Part shown: positions 22,601 to 32,970 of the stretch, piece by piece | Layout of the letters: each line of letters starts with the position of its first letter | Position numbering within the stretch: position 1 is the stretch's first letter | NCBI RefSeq assembly: GCF_033153115.1 | Contig: NW_026889777.1 | Location: 15,190,001-15,254,000, forward strand | DNA: 64,000 nt | Direction: 5' to 3' | DNA from: Saccostrea echinata | Taxonomy: Eukaryota | Notes under the pieces: model-generated | What the model was told of the DNA's origin: nothing | Databases searched by the model: none | What the model saw: the letters and a program-made list of their open reading frames with translations, nothing else | Program-made: the position numbers and the translations under genes

Positions 22601-25600
22601 TATCTAGAAATCTTTTCATAAAGCTAAAGAACATGTTTTATATTTTAATGCTAAACAGAACCGAGAATCAGGTGAACATTATAGTCCATGTTTCTTTTTC
22701 TGTATTGAGAAATAATGGCATGTACATATTGATTAAAAATGATGATATTTTATTCACCTTATACCAGAGTGCGTGATCCGTCAACAAATTCCACTTGCAA
22801 AAGACATTTGAAAGGTAGCTACCATTAACTTCCGGCGACCGTATAGTGAGACTTTCATTATGGCGCAGTTGCACGGCACGTCCACATGCTATAAAAAGAG
22901 TAGAAGTTTTGAAAAATGCCTCCCTATCTGTTCTGTTAAAGACAGTTTATCCTGGTGATCTTAAAGTATTGTTCACACAATGCTGATGGCAACATCAGAT
23001 ACAGGCTAGCTTCATATTATCAGTTCAGTGCAACTGTTTTATATATTTACACATTCAGAAAAATATTTATTTTCTTCGTTTGCAAATTTTTTTTTAAAAG
23101 TTTTATTCCTTTATTACATGTATGTGTTCACAATACTGGATTTTAAGATTTACTTATGTTTTTCTCACTACTCTCTGTTCAGTTTGAAATTTCATCTTTA
23201 AAATTGCGTAAAAGTGCTTACAGGCCCGGATGATTTTTACATTTGAAGGTGTCCCCTCTCCACCCTCGGTTAGATAAGATAATTTTACTGCAAACAATTG
23301 GCCTTGGTGAGCTTTCGTGTCAATGACGTATGTTGTTAAAGTGTCAAAGACCCGAACAGGGATCACGTGATGTCCTACGTTAGGTATGACACTGTAGGTG
23401 ACAAGGTAACGCAACAGGTCTTTTTGTCCATCGTAAGGACTCCACGTAATGTTGATAAGGTTGTGTTTGCTCTCGACATAGAATTGGTCAAGAAAAGGGG
23501 GAGGAGAATCTACAAGAAAAAAGGCATATACTGATTGGATATTGTACGATTGAGCCTTTGTACGACATATCGAGGTACAAAGAAAATTTTAAGTACAGAG
23601 TGGCACTAAGAGATCATTTTACCCGGCGTCTGCTTGTCTGTCTGTCTGTCTGTCCGTCTGTCACACCCTATATCAGAAGAACTGTTCGAGATATGGATTT
23701 GATATTTTGCACATATATTGCTTGGCACTATGGCTTTTGTAAATTACCATGGTTACCGACCTCCTGACCTTTGACCTTGACATTTGACCTGCTATTCAAN
23801 NNNNNNNNNNNNNNNNNNNNNNNNNNNNNNNNNNNNNNNNNNNNNNNNNNNNNNNNNNNNNNNNNNNNNNNNNNNNNNNNNNNNNNNNNNNNNNNNNNNN
23901 NNNNNNNNNNNNNNNNNNNNNNNNNNNAGAGGTAAGTCTACGCTATTTAGTTTGTGCACTATTTGTCATAAGACAATACGAAAAATACCAGCATTACAGT
24001 CCACTTGACCTTGACCTATGACCTACTTTGCAAAAAATATCTCGGGCAGTTTAATTAAACTTATGACTTTTGAATTTTGAGAGGCAGGGTTTAGATAACT
24101 AGCATTTATACATATTTATGAACTCATGATTGTACTTTGAAACCGTATGATATTCAGTTACCAGACTTACTTATATTTAAATACTACGAAGATAAATCGG
24201 GATCGGTATTCCACGATGGATTGTGACTGAGAATTGCAGACAAGACAGACTGAAATCCCTTGAATGAAAAAACATTTAGCTCATGAAAAAGTACTTTTAA
24301 ACTGTATGATATTGAGTTACCACACAAACTTATATTTAAATACCATAAAAATCATGAAATACCATAAAAATCGGGATCGGTATTCAACAATGGATCGTGT
24401 AGACTGACAATTGCAGTAAAGACAGACTGAAATCTATTTTGGAGGATTGTTGGAAACACGTATTAATAAATTGACAAAAAGTTATTTCTAATAATTTCAA
24501 TTTAATTATTCATTTTAGGGTTATGGAACCATACTTTCTTTGATTGTCAGATTCTATAGCAGTCTTATACTATCCATGGATGTCATTTTTCCTTTGCAGG
24601 CAAATGCATTAACTATCAGTCAATCGAGCTTATAGTGTATAAAAAGCTGACCATTCTTAGATTCATTTACACTATTAGTGAAGCCACAAAGCAGGCGACA
24701 CGTGTTCCCTGGAACACTCTAGTATAAATATTATATTCTGGCTGCTGTCCTTGAATGAATCAAAGACGAAATTCAAATCAAATCGAAAATAAAACGCAAA
24801 ATAAAGTATCATAAATAAGGAATAAAAACGCACTTTTCAATTAAAGTCATTTGCCACAAAAACATGCTGTTTTTAAAAAAACACTCTGGAAGTCTGTTGT
24901 TGGCATGAAACCAACTTAATATGTACTAAATATATTGCATTCTTTGCAAGAGCCCATTCTGTATACTCACTTACCAACTGCTTTGACTGACAGGTTGAAA
25001 CCCCGACCATTTAATGCTTCAGTGGAATTGAACATGATGAATGTGTTGTTTTTCTGTATCAAATACGTTTCATCAATCGAAGAACCTGGACAGAGTCTTA
25101 TTTCCTTGTCAATTTTCAGGCATGTTGTCTGACAGATATTCGAATTCAAGCATAAATTAAAGTCCCGGATGATAAGTTTTATGAACTTATCCGCTGTTGT
25201 ATTGATCTTCCATTGACAAGAAGAAAATGACTGTAGATGATATGGGTAACCCTCTGAAAGGATTGTAGCTTCTTTGTTCTTTCCGAGAAAAACTTCATTT
25301 TGACACTCTACAAAATTAAAACAGAAAATATACTCAAACATAAAGTATATACATGTAATAGAATCATAAATACACAGATTGGTAATTATATTTTCTACTA
25401 AATATGTATGGACGATGTCTCATATACCATACATCAATCAAAATGGCTTTATTTCAGAGGCGCTCTTTGTAAAGAAAAAATGTTTCATCTGCTGAGTACA
25501 TGACGAAATTGATCAACATATTGAATAAGTGCGGACACTTGCCTGACGTAAGATTTACGTAATCCAACTTTTCACTTTCCCAGAAAGAGGTCTTTGCAAA

Positions 25601-27695
25601 CATCCTAATCTGATATAGCTGGCCCCTATGGAGGCTGGTATCCAATATGTACGAATTATCGCTGCAGTTGACCATTGTTTGGTAGTGTACAGTGGAAGGA
25701 TATACCAGATATTCGATCACACACACAAGGGCGTCGGCATCCGTGCCATTCCAGAACCAGTCGATTTGTATAGAGTCACTGATTGCTTTTGCGGACAGGT
25801 ATGTGGGGGAACATAACTTAGGTATGACTGTTAATAATTGAAATCAAATTTTAACTTTAATTTAATAGAAAACACTTTTAGAATGAGTAAATTTAACGAA
25901 AATTTTGAAGAGTAAAAAGCAAGAATCGTTCAATCCACTTATTTGACAATAAATTTTCATCGAGGAAAAGACACATTTGAATGATAATGACATTATGAGT
26001 GTAAAACAACATCTATCATGTCTATAGGAAATTTGTTTTTCTAAAAAAAACAATGCTATTGGGATTTTTACTAGTATAACTTACCCTCCACGTGTATATA
26101 AGAAGATGGACCCGATTTTTTGGAGGAAAAATTCACATACAGATAATTGTTTGGCACAACAAGGCTTTCGTTTTGCTTGGCTTTTGAGCACAAGTCGTTC
26201 TTAAAATTACTTTCAAAGGAAGTCAGACAATCACTTCCTTGTAACACTATATCAATCTTGAACCAGGTGTCATTCCTAATTTTGGTTATTTTCCATGAAC
26301 ACCGTAGGCCTGCGTGGTAAGGCAGAGGAAATTCTGGTGACTGTATTGAATAGGTATGATTGAAGTTGAGAGTGACATGTTTCTGGCAAACTGGAGAAAG
26401 CAGACTTAAATATAAAATATATGCATCTTTCGTTCAATAAATGTGATGAAAGTGTAAAAGTTAGTAAGTAAACATTTGCATTAACTTTCAACATCTGTCA
26501 TGATTTTCTTTTCTTCCCATTTACACAGCAGTAAAAAGCACAGGGTCTAATTTACGTCTCTAATTTCCATCAAACTTGTTACTTTCAAGTAGTTTGGATT
26601 AAAATTTTGCCAAAATAACGATATAGAAATTACTGTTTATTGTATTAACTTAAAAAAAAATGGTGGTGACGATGAATGTAATAATACCAGCATGAATGTA
26701 TCTGGTCACAAGTACAGATCCATTCTGAATCAACCTGATGATGTAAAGTCCCGGATGTTCTTCTGTATTGATTATAACTCTGGTCTGGTTTTGTTCAAGA
26801 TTAAATGCTGTTTTGATTCCTGTCCCTATAATCTAAGCAAAATGATAAGAAACATAATAGATGAATTAAATATATAAGAATTTTTTTTAATTTGAATTAG
26901 AGAGCGATTTTTCGGAGATTTTTGGTAGCATTTCTACTTAAGTGAGCAGTTTCTTCAATCTGATTTGTGAGAAGTCCGAATCTTAATCATACTTTATTGT
27001 TAATCAATATTCCTCTAAGAAAAAACATCAATTTATACATTTCTACATCTTAATTTTTAATATACAGTAGTTAATATCTGAGGACTATACTTAGATTTCA
27101 ATCCTTATAGCCTTTTCATAAGAAAATTAGTGATCCCGATATTCTATTCCATGTTTTATCATATTAATATTTCGAAAAATTGATTTCTGTGGTGATCATG
27201 AATGGGTTTTTTTTTACCAAGGCAACAAATACATATCTATATAACCCCTTGTAGAATTAAAAAAAATTATACAATTTATTGTTCACAACATCATATAATG
27301 TGTCTTGTTAAAACTTACCTGACTTTCGATTGTGACGTCAGCCAGGTGAGGAGTTACCTCTATCTCTATGTAACCAGGATGACTTCGTGTTATCATTTCT
27401 AGATTGAACCGAGTTTCATATGGAATATGAAAGCAATTAAAATGTTTGTCCACTGAACAGTTTTCTTTAACAAAAAGATATATTATTATTCTACATTAAA
27501 ATTTTGTTAATTAAAATACATGAAACAAAATTTGTGTCTTTACGAAAGACTTTAAATTCAGTATTTACCTGATGTAAATCTAGCCACAGCAGATGACGTC
27601 ATATAACATGAGAAATGGACAATTAACAGTAAGACCGTATTAATACACCTATCATAATGTTGAAGTTGAACACAATCTATCCGTGAACGTCTCAT
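19692..27695 (-). CDS. Extracellular protein, signal peptide + four FN3-like/CUB pairs; 12 exons: 27569-27695, 27319-27398, 26688-26832, 26085-26390, 25543-25827, 24975-25307, 23222-23509, 22758-22888, 21406-21598, 20854-21138, 19996-20316, 19692-19759 (~853 aa; ~869 aa if the UGA is read through to 19644)
   Basis: Every junction is phase-compatible and the joined frame is open. Exon 1 has a hydrophobic stretch (TVLLLIVHFSCYM). CUB motifs: IQSPEFPLPYHAGLRCSWKI, ILSEGYPYHLQSFSSCQWKI, IRSPEVNGSYLSNVFCKWNL..CQKDYVEI..RFCG, ISTPFYPQFPSVTCQCSWTL. FN3-like units: PPSGRPTNVTL..LKWEKP..GYRINY, INITWSP..YLVTY. Intron 5 uses a GC donor. Confidence 0.85.
23588..24723 (+). mobile_element. Helentron-type non-autonomous element in an intron of the CUB/FN3 gene (contains assembly gap 23800-23927)
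   Basis: 5' ctgtctgtctgtctgtccgtctgtc microsatellite; tgacctttgaccttga motifs; internal ~158-bp tandem duplication (about 24143 and 24301); 3' end gcaggcgacacgtgttccctggaacactctagt with a short hairpin. Confidence 0.6.
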
Positions 27696-28151
27696 TCTTT
27701 CCATTTATTGAAAGTGAACTTACAAATTGTGCACCTACTTCGCACAATAGTAATCTCGCACCTGCTACAAACCAAACGATAAGTGAAAATACGCATCTCC
27801 TTCTCACCACTCCATAAGACGAAAGAGTTACACATCTTCCCTTTTGTTGGACGTTATTTGTACGGAATGAGACATACATGTAATATATAACAGAAAATAA
27901 TGATTTTTTTTTTTTGGTTTATACTTAGTAATGGAAAGTCAGGAAAAAAATATTCTGCTTGATGAAGAAGATCCGCATAATAAATTTTATTAATTATATT
28001 ATCATCATACTTGTTTCAATTTTACTTTTGTTTAAAGGTATTCAATGTATAATGAAGGAATATTGAACAATTTTGAATCATTTTAAACTAGTTAAATATG
28101 TATTGCTAGATAACGATGGAAGTGAAATAAACCAAATTCACATGACTGATA

Positions 28152-28392
28152 ACATATAAAGTCGGCCATTTTGCACCTTAAACGTTTTTGAAGAGTTATC
28201 TACCCTTGAAGAAAAGAGAAAAATTTTAAAATTTTGTCAAAATATCTGTGGTAAATGCTTCGTTTTATTTCACATATAAAGTCGGCCATTTTGCACCTTA
28301 AACGTTTTTGAAGAGTTATCTACCCTTGAAGAAAAGAGAAAAATTTTAAATTTTGTCAAAATATCTGTGGTAAATGCTTCGTTTTATTTCAT
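28152..28392. repeat. Near-identical tandem duplication, 2 x ~120 bp
   Basis: acatataaagtcggccattttgcaccttaaacg...ggtaaatgcttcgttttatttca occurs twice back to back, differing by a 1-nt indel. Confidence 0.9.
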
Positions 28393-28607
28393 ATTTTTAA
28401 AAATATTTACATTTCCAAATATTTTTCCTTAAGATTCTTTGCAAATAAGAAAAAGTTCATTTTCTCATGAACTACCGTGGAATGAGTAAGAATATTTCCA
28501 TTGTGATGTGATTGAAGTAAAAAAATATACTGCAAACTTTTTTTTTCAAAAATGATCTTTGAATGACAAAAAATGTGTGGTAAGTCATCAGAAAAATAAT
28601 GTAAATA

Positions 28608-28770
28608 TAAGAGATGAATTTAATTTTTGAGAATTCATGAGGTACATGAACTACAACGCTTCACACCTGCATATTTATCATGAAGCGCTAACGCGCTTCG
28701 TGAAATATGCAGGCGTGAAGCGTCGTAGTTCATGTCCTCTTGAATTCTCAAAAATTAAATTCATCTCTTA
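28608..28770. repeat. Long ~163-bp palindrome (hairpin), probable terminus of a non-autonomous DNA element
   Basis: taagagatgaatttaatttttgagaattca...catgaactacaacgcttcacacctgcatattt..gaagcgc-taac-gcgcttc..aaatatgcaggcgtgaagcgtcgtagttcatg...tgaattctcaaaaattaaattcatctctta, with a few mismatches. Confidence 0.88.
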
Positions 28771-29382
28771 AATGAAGAGAGAGTTTATGCATAGTTTCAC
28801 CAAGAGATTTGTATGAAGTTCGAATTACTTTTTACAGTATATTGATAATATATGCGCTGCCTATAGACTACGGTGTAAAATTCAAGATGCCATTAACTGG
28901 ACAATAATCAAAATTTTGTAAGTTCCTTTGGTGGAGTATTTTTATTTCATAACATATTCAAAATGCAACCACGATTAAAAATATGGGACCATTCATTTAT
29001 TATCTACAAAATGTGATTGTTATACGTTGAATACCTTAATATAATTTTTTAACAGTCAGCTAGTTTTACTTCAAAAGGTATAGTTACTTTTTTCAAGTTA
29101 ATGCTCGAAAGACTTCTAATTTAAATTCTTAATATGTAATTTGCTGAATGTAGTCAAATTATTGTAAAAATTGTCCGAGGAAAGCATGTTTATAATAATA
29201 TAAGAGAATCCATATAAAAATTGATCTCTTTTGATAAGTTGCGCCGTCTTTCAAACATTAATTTTGTGTTTCATTTTCAACGTCAGGAAGATAGAAAAAT
29301 GATTAGGTTCACTGAAATAAAGTCGACAAGCAGTAAACAACTTTTATTGTCATTTCATGACTAGAAAACTGTAGTAAGAATA

Positions 29383-30387
29383 TTAGAGAAATATCCATTT
29401 GAAAATATCAATCAGAGAATAAATAAAAAAGTAATCCACTAAACGGCAGTCCGACCACCTGTTTTGTAGTTCTACCCACATTCTTGTCAATTCCGGTGGG
29501 CTATAGTGATGGCCGGTAATCATATACCTAAAGTTTTTCCCACATGGTCCGATTTCACGACTACCACAACTGAACTCACGATGCTCTTTTGCGACAGCAC
29601 CGATTTGTTTCCGGCACAAACCAGTTATGAAAACATCTTCAAATATGAAGTAAGGAACTTTATCTGTTGCTTGGTAGAGATCGTATATCACATCTCCGGA
29701 AATAAGGTATGCAGTTCCGGCTATGTACTCCGGATATTCTCTGTCCTCATACTGATCATGTGACACATACCATTTAGAAAATGGATTCCGAAATGGTGCA
29801 GTATGGCTTACTTTACATCCAAGTATTGTGTTTACTTGAGAAAATTCCGTTAGATAGCGTAAAAGTCTGGGAAGATTTAAGAACATGTCATCATCTATCT
29901 TTAAAAGATAACGAACTTTGCTGCAAAATGACACTGTCCAACGTAAAATAGCTATAGATTTTCTTGTAAGATTTTCGTAAGTTTCAAGAACGTCTTCAAA
30001 TACAATATCGTTGTATATCAGTTTTTCAGTATGTGCTAAATCCTGCAAAGCTGCGTGTTTACTTTTACCCAAGACAAAGTTGACTTGAACAGTCGGCTTA
30101 ACTTTTGAAACGTTCCCCCATGTGTGACGAATGGCATCTCTCTGTTTGAAGTTGGAGACTGCACTTGGCACCATTATGAGTAAAAACACATTTTCACCTT
30201 GATCAGCACAGCTTACAGAGGCCGCAGTGATGGGTGGAACTATCCCTGTATCGATATAAGCCTGAACAAGTCTATACGAAATGTCTTCAGTATTAATTGT
30301 CAATCCTCGATATGGTGCACAAAGTAAGTAAATCACAAGGAACACGCTAATTACCCAGATTACGGTTGACTTCAGTTTTTTCTTCAT
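29383..30387 (-). CDS. Beta-1,3-galactosyltransferase family (GT31, B3GALT1-like) type II membrane protein, single coding exon, 334 aa
   Basis: Basic N-tail plus TM (MKKKLKSTVIWVISVFLVIYLL); motifs LLIMVPSA..RDAIRHTWG, FVLG, YENLTRKS, DxD in LLKIDDDMFLN, SKWYVS, EDVFITG. A splice acceptor just upstream (about 30405) suggests untranslated 5' exons. Confidence 0.93.
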   Translation of the reverse strand: MKKKLKSTVIWVISVFLVIYLLCAPYRGLTINTEDISYRLVQAYIDTGIVPPITAASVSCADQGENVFLLIMVPSAVSNFKQRDAIRHTWGNVSKVKPTVQVNFVLGKSKHAALQDLAHTEKLIYNDIVFEDVLETYENLTRKSIAILRWTVSFCSKVRYLLKIDDDMFLNLPRLLRYLTEFSQVNTILGCKVSHTAPFRNPFSKWYVSHDQYEDREYPEYIAGTAYLISGDVIYDLYQATDKVPYFIFEDVFITGLCRKQIGAVAKEHREFSCGSREIGPCGKNFRYMITGHHYSPPELTRMWVELQNRWSDCRLVDYFFIYSLIDIFKWIFL

Positions 30388-30545
30388 CTTGAAATATTGG
30401 AAGCCTGAAAAATATAAATCATTTTACTTTAAATATTTGAGAATAGAATTTTATTTTTTTGAACTGATAAATTGAACTTCCTAAGCTTTTGAATGTCAAA
30501 TTGATGTACATATGGCGTGTAAGATAGACGTAAGCAGTAGTATCT

Positions 30546-30547
<2 letters not shown>

Positions 30548-30578
<31 letters not shown>
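30548..30578. repeat. (GA)n microsatellite
   Basis: Uninterrupted gaga run. Confidence 0.9.
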
Positions 30579-30579
<1 letters not shown>

Positions 30580-31465
30580 ACTAAAAAGCAACAACACTGT
30601 ATATCCTAAGTGTCCGATCTACTTAGTAGATACAAGGAAAATGACCAACGACAGCTACAATAAAAATTATCAATAGTTGTTTATCAAGACACCCCCCCCC
30701 CAAATTGGGTAGGTAGGGCTGTTAAAAATTTTTTTTATATGTAAAAGAGTGCATTTATGTTTATGTAAGACAATTTAAAAAAAAATGGCCAATTCTTGCT
30801 TTGACAGGGCCTCTACTAGATATATAAAAATAAGTTTTACCACAATTCATTATACACAAAGTTGTAACCGTTATTATTCAATTTAAAAAATCATCATTGC
30901 TTGCTTATTCATGCAATTTAGAAAAGTAACCATCATTTATCAGGGGAAAATGCTTACCAGAATATAACTGTGACAATACCGTAATTATGTGGAGATTTTG
31001 TTGGTTTTGTTGGACCTTGACTCCTTGTGACTTCATTACCTGCACGGACTACCTGATTCCCCTACCACCCTTTATGCTATTGATGTGTGCGTTCAAGCGG
31101 AAACTGATTTCTGTTACGGTATACCGGGATTGATGTAGTTACTGTATATTTCACGCTTCGTGCAAAACTATGGGTTTGAATAAAGTCTCATTATGCAATA
31201 CATTGTTAAAATAACACTTAAAAAACATTGAGCCGGGGGGGGGGGGGGGGCGAACATCCCCCCAAACCCCTGAATCTCAAAATATAAAGTATAAAGTATG
31301 TAGGCCTAGTGGAATTAATGGAATACTACGATACCCTATGATTGCATGGAATAAAAACGTAAACAAACTGCATAACCTCTCATGTCGTACTTTTTAAAAA
31401 CATTGTATCTTCAGGAAATAGCATTAGACAACTAACAAGAATTCCCACTTCACATAAGATTTTAA

Positions 31466-31570
31466 CCGTTTACGGTAGCCTAGTGGTTGGGCGATCGCTT
31501 TAGGGTTCGATTGTCGTTCGTCGCGCCGCGACCTAAGACTCAAAGAGTAAGACGTAAACAAAGGTAATGA
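31466..31570 (+). mobile_element. tRNA-derived SINE head (degenerate Pol III A/B boxes)
   Basis: ggtagcctagtggtt (A box-like) followed by gggttcgatt (B box-like) and gtaaacaaaggtaatga. It is probably the 5' part of the SINE whose body is at 32.8 kb. Confidence 0.5.
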
Positions 31571-31959
31571 ATAACCCTTTAGAAAATTGACCGGAAGGTC
31601 ATTGTGACAGATGTAGTGACAGCGATATTATAACTTATTACTATATCACTTGAATACATTTTTTTTTTTTGTAAATTGTGTTCTGATATGACCCCCGATT
31701 GCTGTCAAACGATGTGCATTGTCAAATACAAGTTATTTTCTTTGCTATTTAAGACTTTAATGCCATAGGGGCTTGTCTTTCGGATTGTTAAATGTAAAAT
31801 AAATTTTTAAAAATTTTGAAACTACTTTAAACACACTTAAAAGTTGTTAGAATAAAGATTCTGACACTTTCAGTCAAGGAAAAACACGTTTAAAAAAGAC
31901 GTACCACACCTATATACATAAACTCTACGTAGAGTTTATGTATATTTGTTTTGAAAAGA

Positions 31960-32212
31960 TGATATCACTCAACCAAACTGAATAGGTGATAGCACCTATT
32001 CGAATAGGTTATATCACTTATTCGAATAGGTGATATCACTTATTGGAAATTAGTAGGTGGTATCACCTATTGGAATGTTGATATCACCTATTTGAGTAAA
32101 AAAAGATATCACCAATTCCAATAGGTGGTATCAACTATTCGAATAGGTGATATCACCTTTTTGTTTTGAATTGGTGATATCTCCAATTTGATTTGGTGAT
32201 ATCACCTATTTG
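31960..32212. repeat. Minisatellite of ~22-bp self-complementary units (aataggtgatatcacctattcg)
   Basis: About ten degenerate copies centred on GATATC; each unit is itself a palindrome. Confidence 0.8.
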
Positions 32213-32814
32213 CATTTCTTATAACAATGAATACTCGAGACAGTCTAGTTTCAGTGCAAAGTAAAGGATGAACTTTCAAAATATTTCTAAAGAGCAATTT
32301 TATTTCCTAAGCAGTGATTCAAAAAATCATAAAAGACATTTGAAAGACTTAATGAGAACAAGAGATCCATCGCAATATCTTCAATTTATCTCAGGTGAGT
32401 ATTTTTATCCACGGCCCTCTTGAATTATTAATTCTTAATTTTTTTTTTTAATTAAAAAATATATTCCTAATAAAATCTACCAGGGGTCATTATTCAACGG
32501 GGGTCTTTTTCTTCACGTAGGGTACGCAGATTTTAAAGGTTATGCCACTTTTTCTACATGCAAATGTCATTTTTCGACGTCGAATAGTGACCGGGGTCAT
32601 TTTTCGACGGCGAAAAATGAATCCGGTCATTATTTTACGGGGGTCATTATTCCTCTTTACACCGGCACTAGAGATGAAAGTCACGGGTGTTGCAACCACT
32701 TTTGAAATAACGACCACTATTGCAATAATTATTTCAATAGTGGTTGAGAGTTTTTTTTAATGAAAATGCATTTCAGAAACATTACTACATTGCATCCACT
32801 ATTGAGATATTAAT

Positions 32815-32970
32815 TTCATGCGGGTCCTTCGGATGAGACCTTAAAAACCGAGGTTCCATGTCACGGTAGGCGTTGGAACGATAAAGAACCCTCACTGCTC
32901 TGGCCCTGAGTCCGAGTATATAGGTGTAAATTTGAAGCTCCTTACCGGTATATACTATCAATCAATCAAA
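32815..32970 (+). mobile_element. SINE body and tail with V-domain-like core
   Basis: ttcggatgagaccttaaaaaccgaggt matches the V-SINE core (TTCGGATGAGACGTTAAACCGAGG type), followed by gataaagaaccctcactgctc and an (ATCA)n tail. Confidence 0.65.

Noticed and set aside
31466-31540. tRNA gene
   Set aside because: Only degenerate A/B boxes; no cloverleaf or anticodon arm; better explained as a SINE head.
31960-32212. CRISPR-like array
   Set aside because: Units are contiguous with no unique spacers, there are no cas genes, and the context is eukaryotic; it is a minisatellite.
32828-32855. Hammerhead ribozyme (cggatgag...aaac)
   Set aside because: Lacks the CUGAUGA/GAAA core; matches the V-SINE domain instead.
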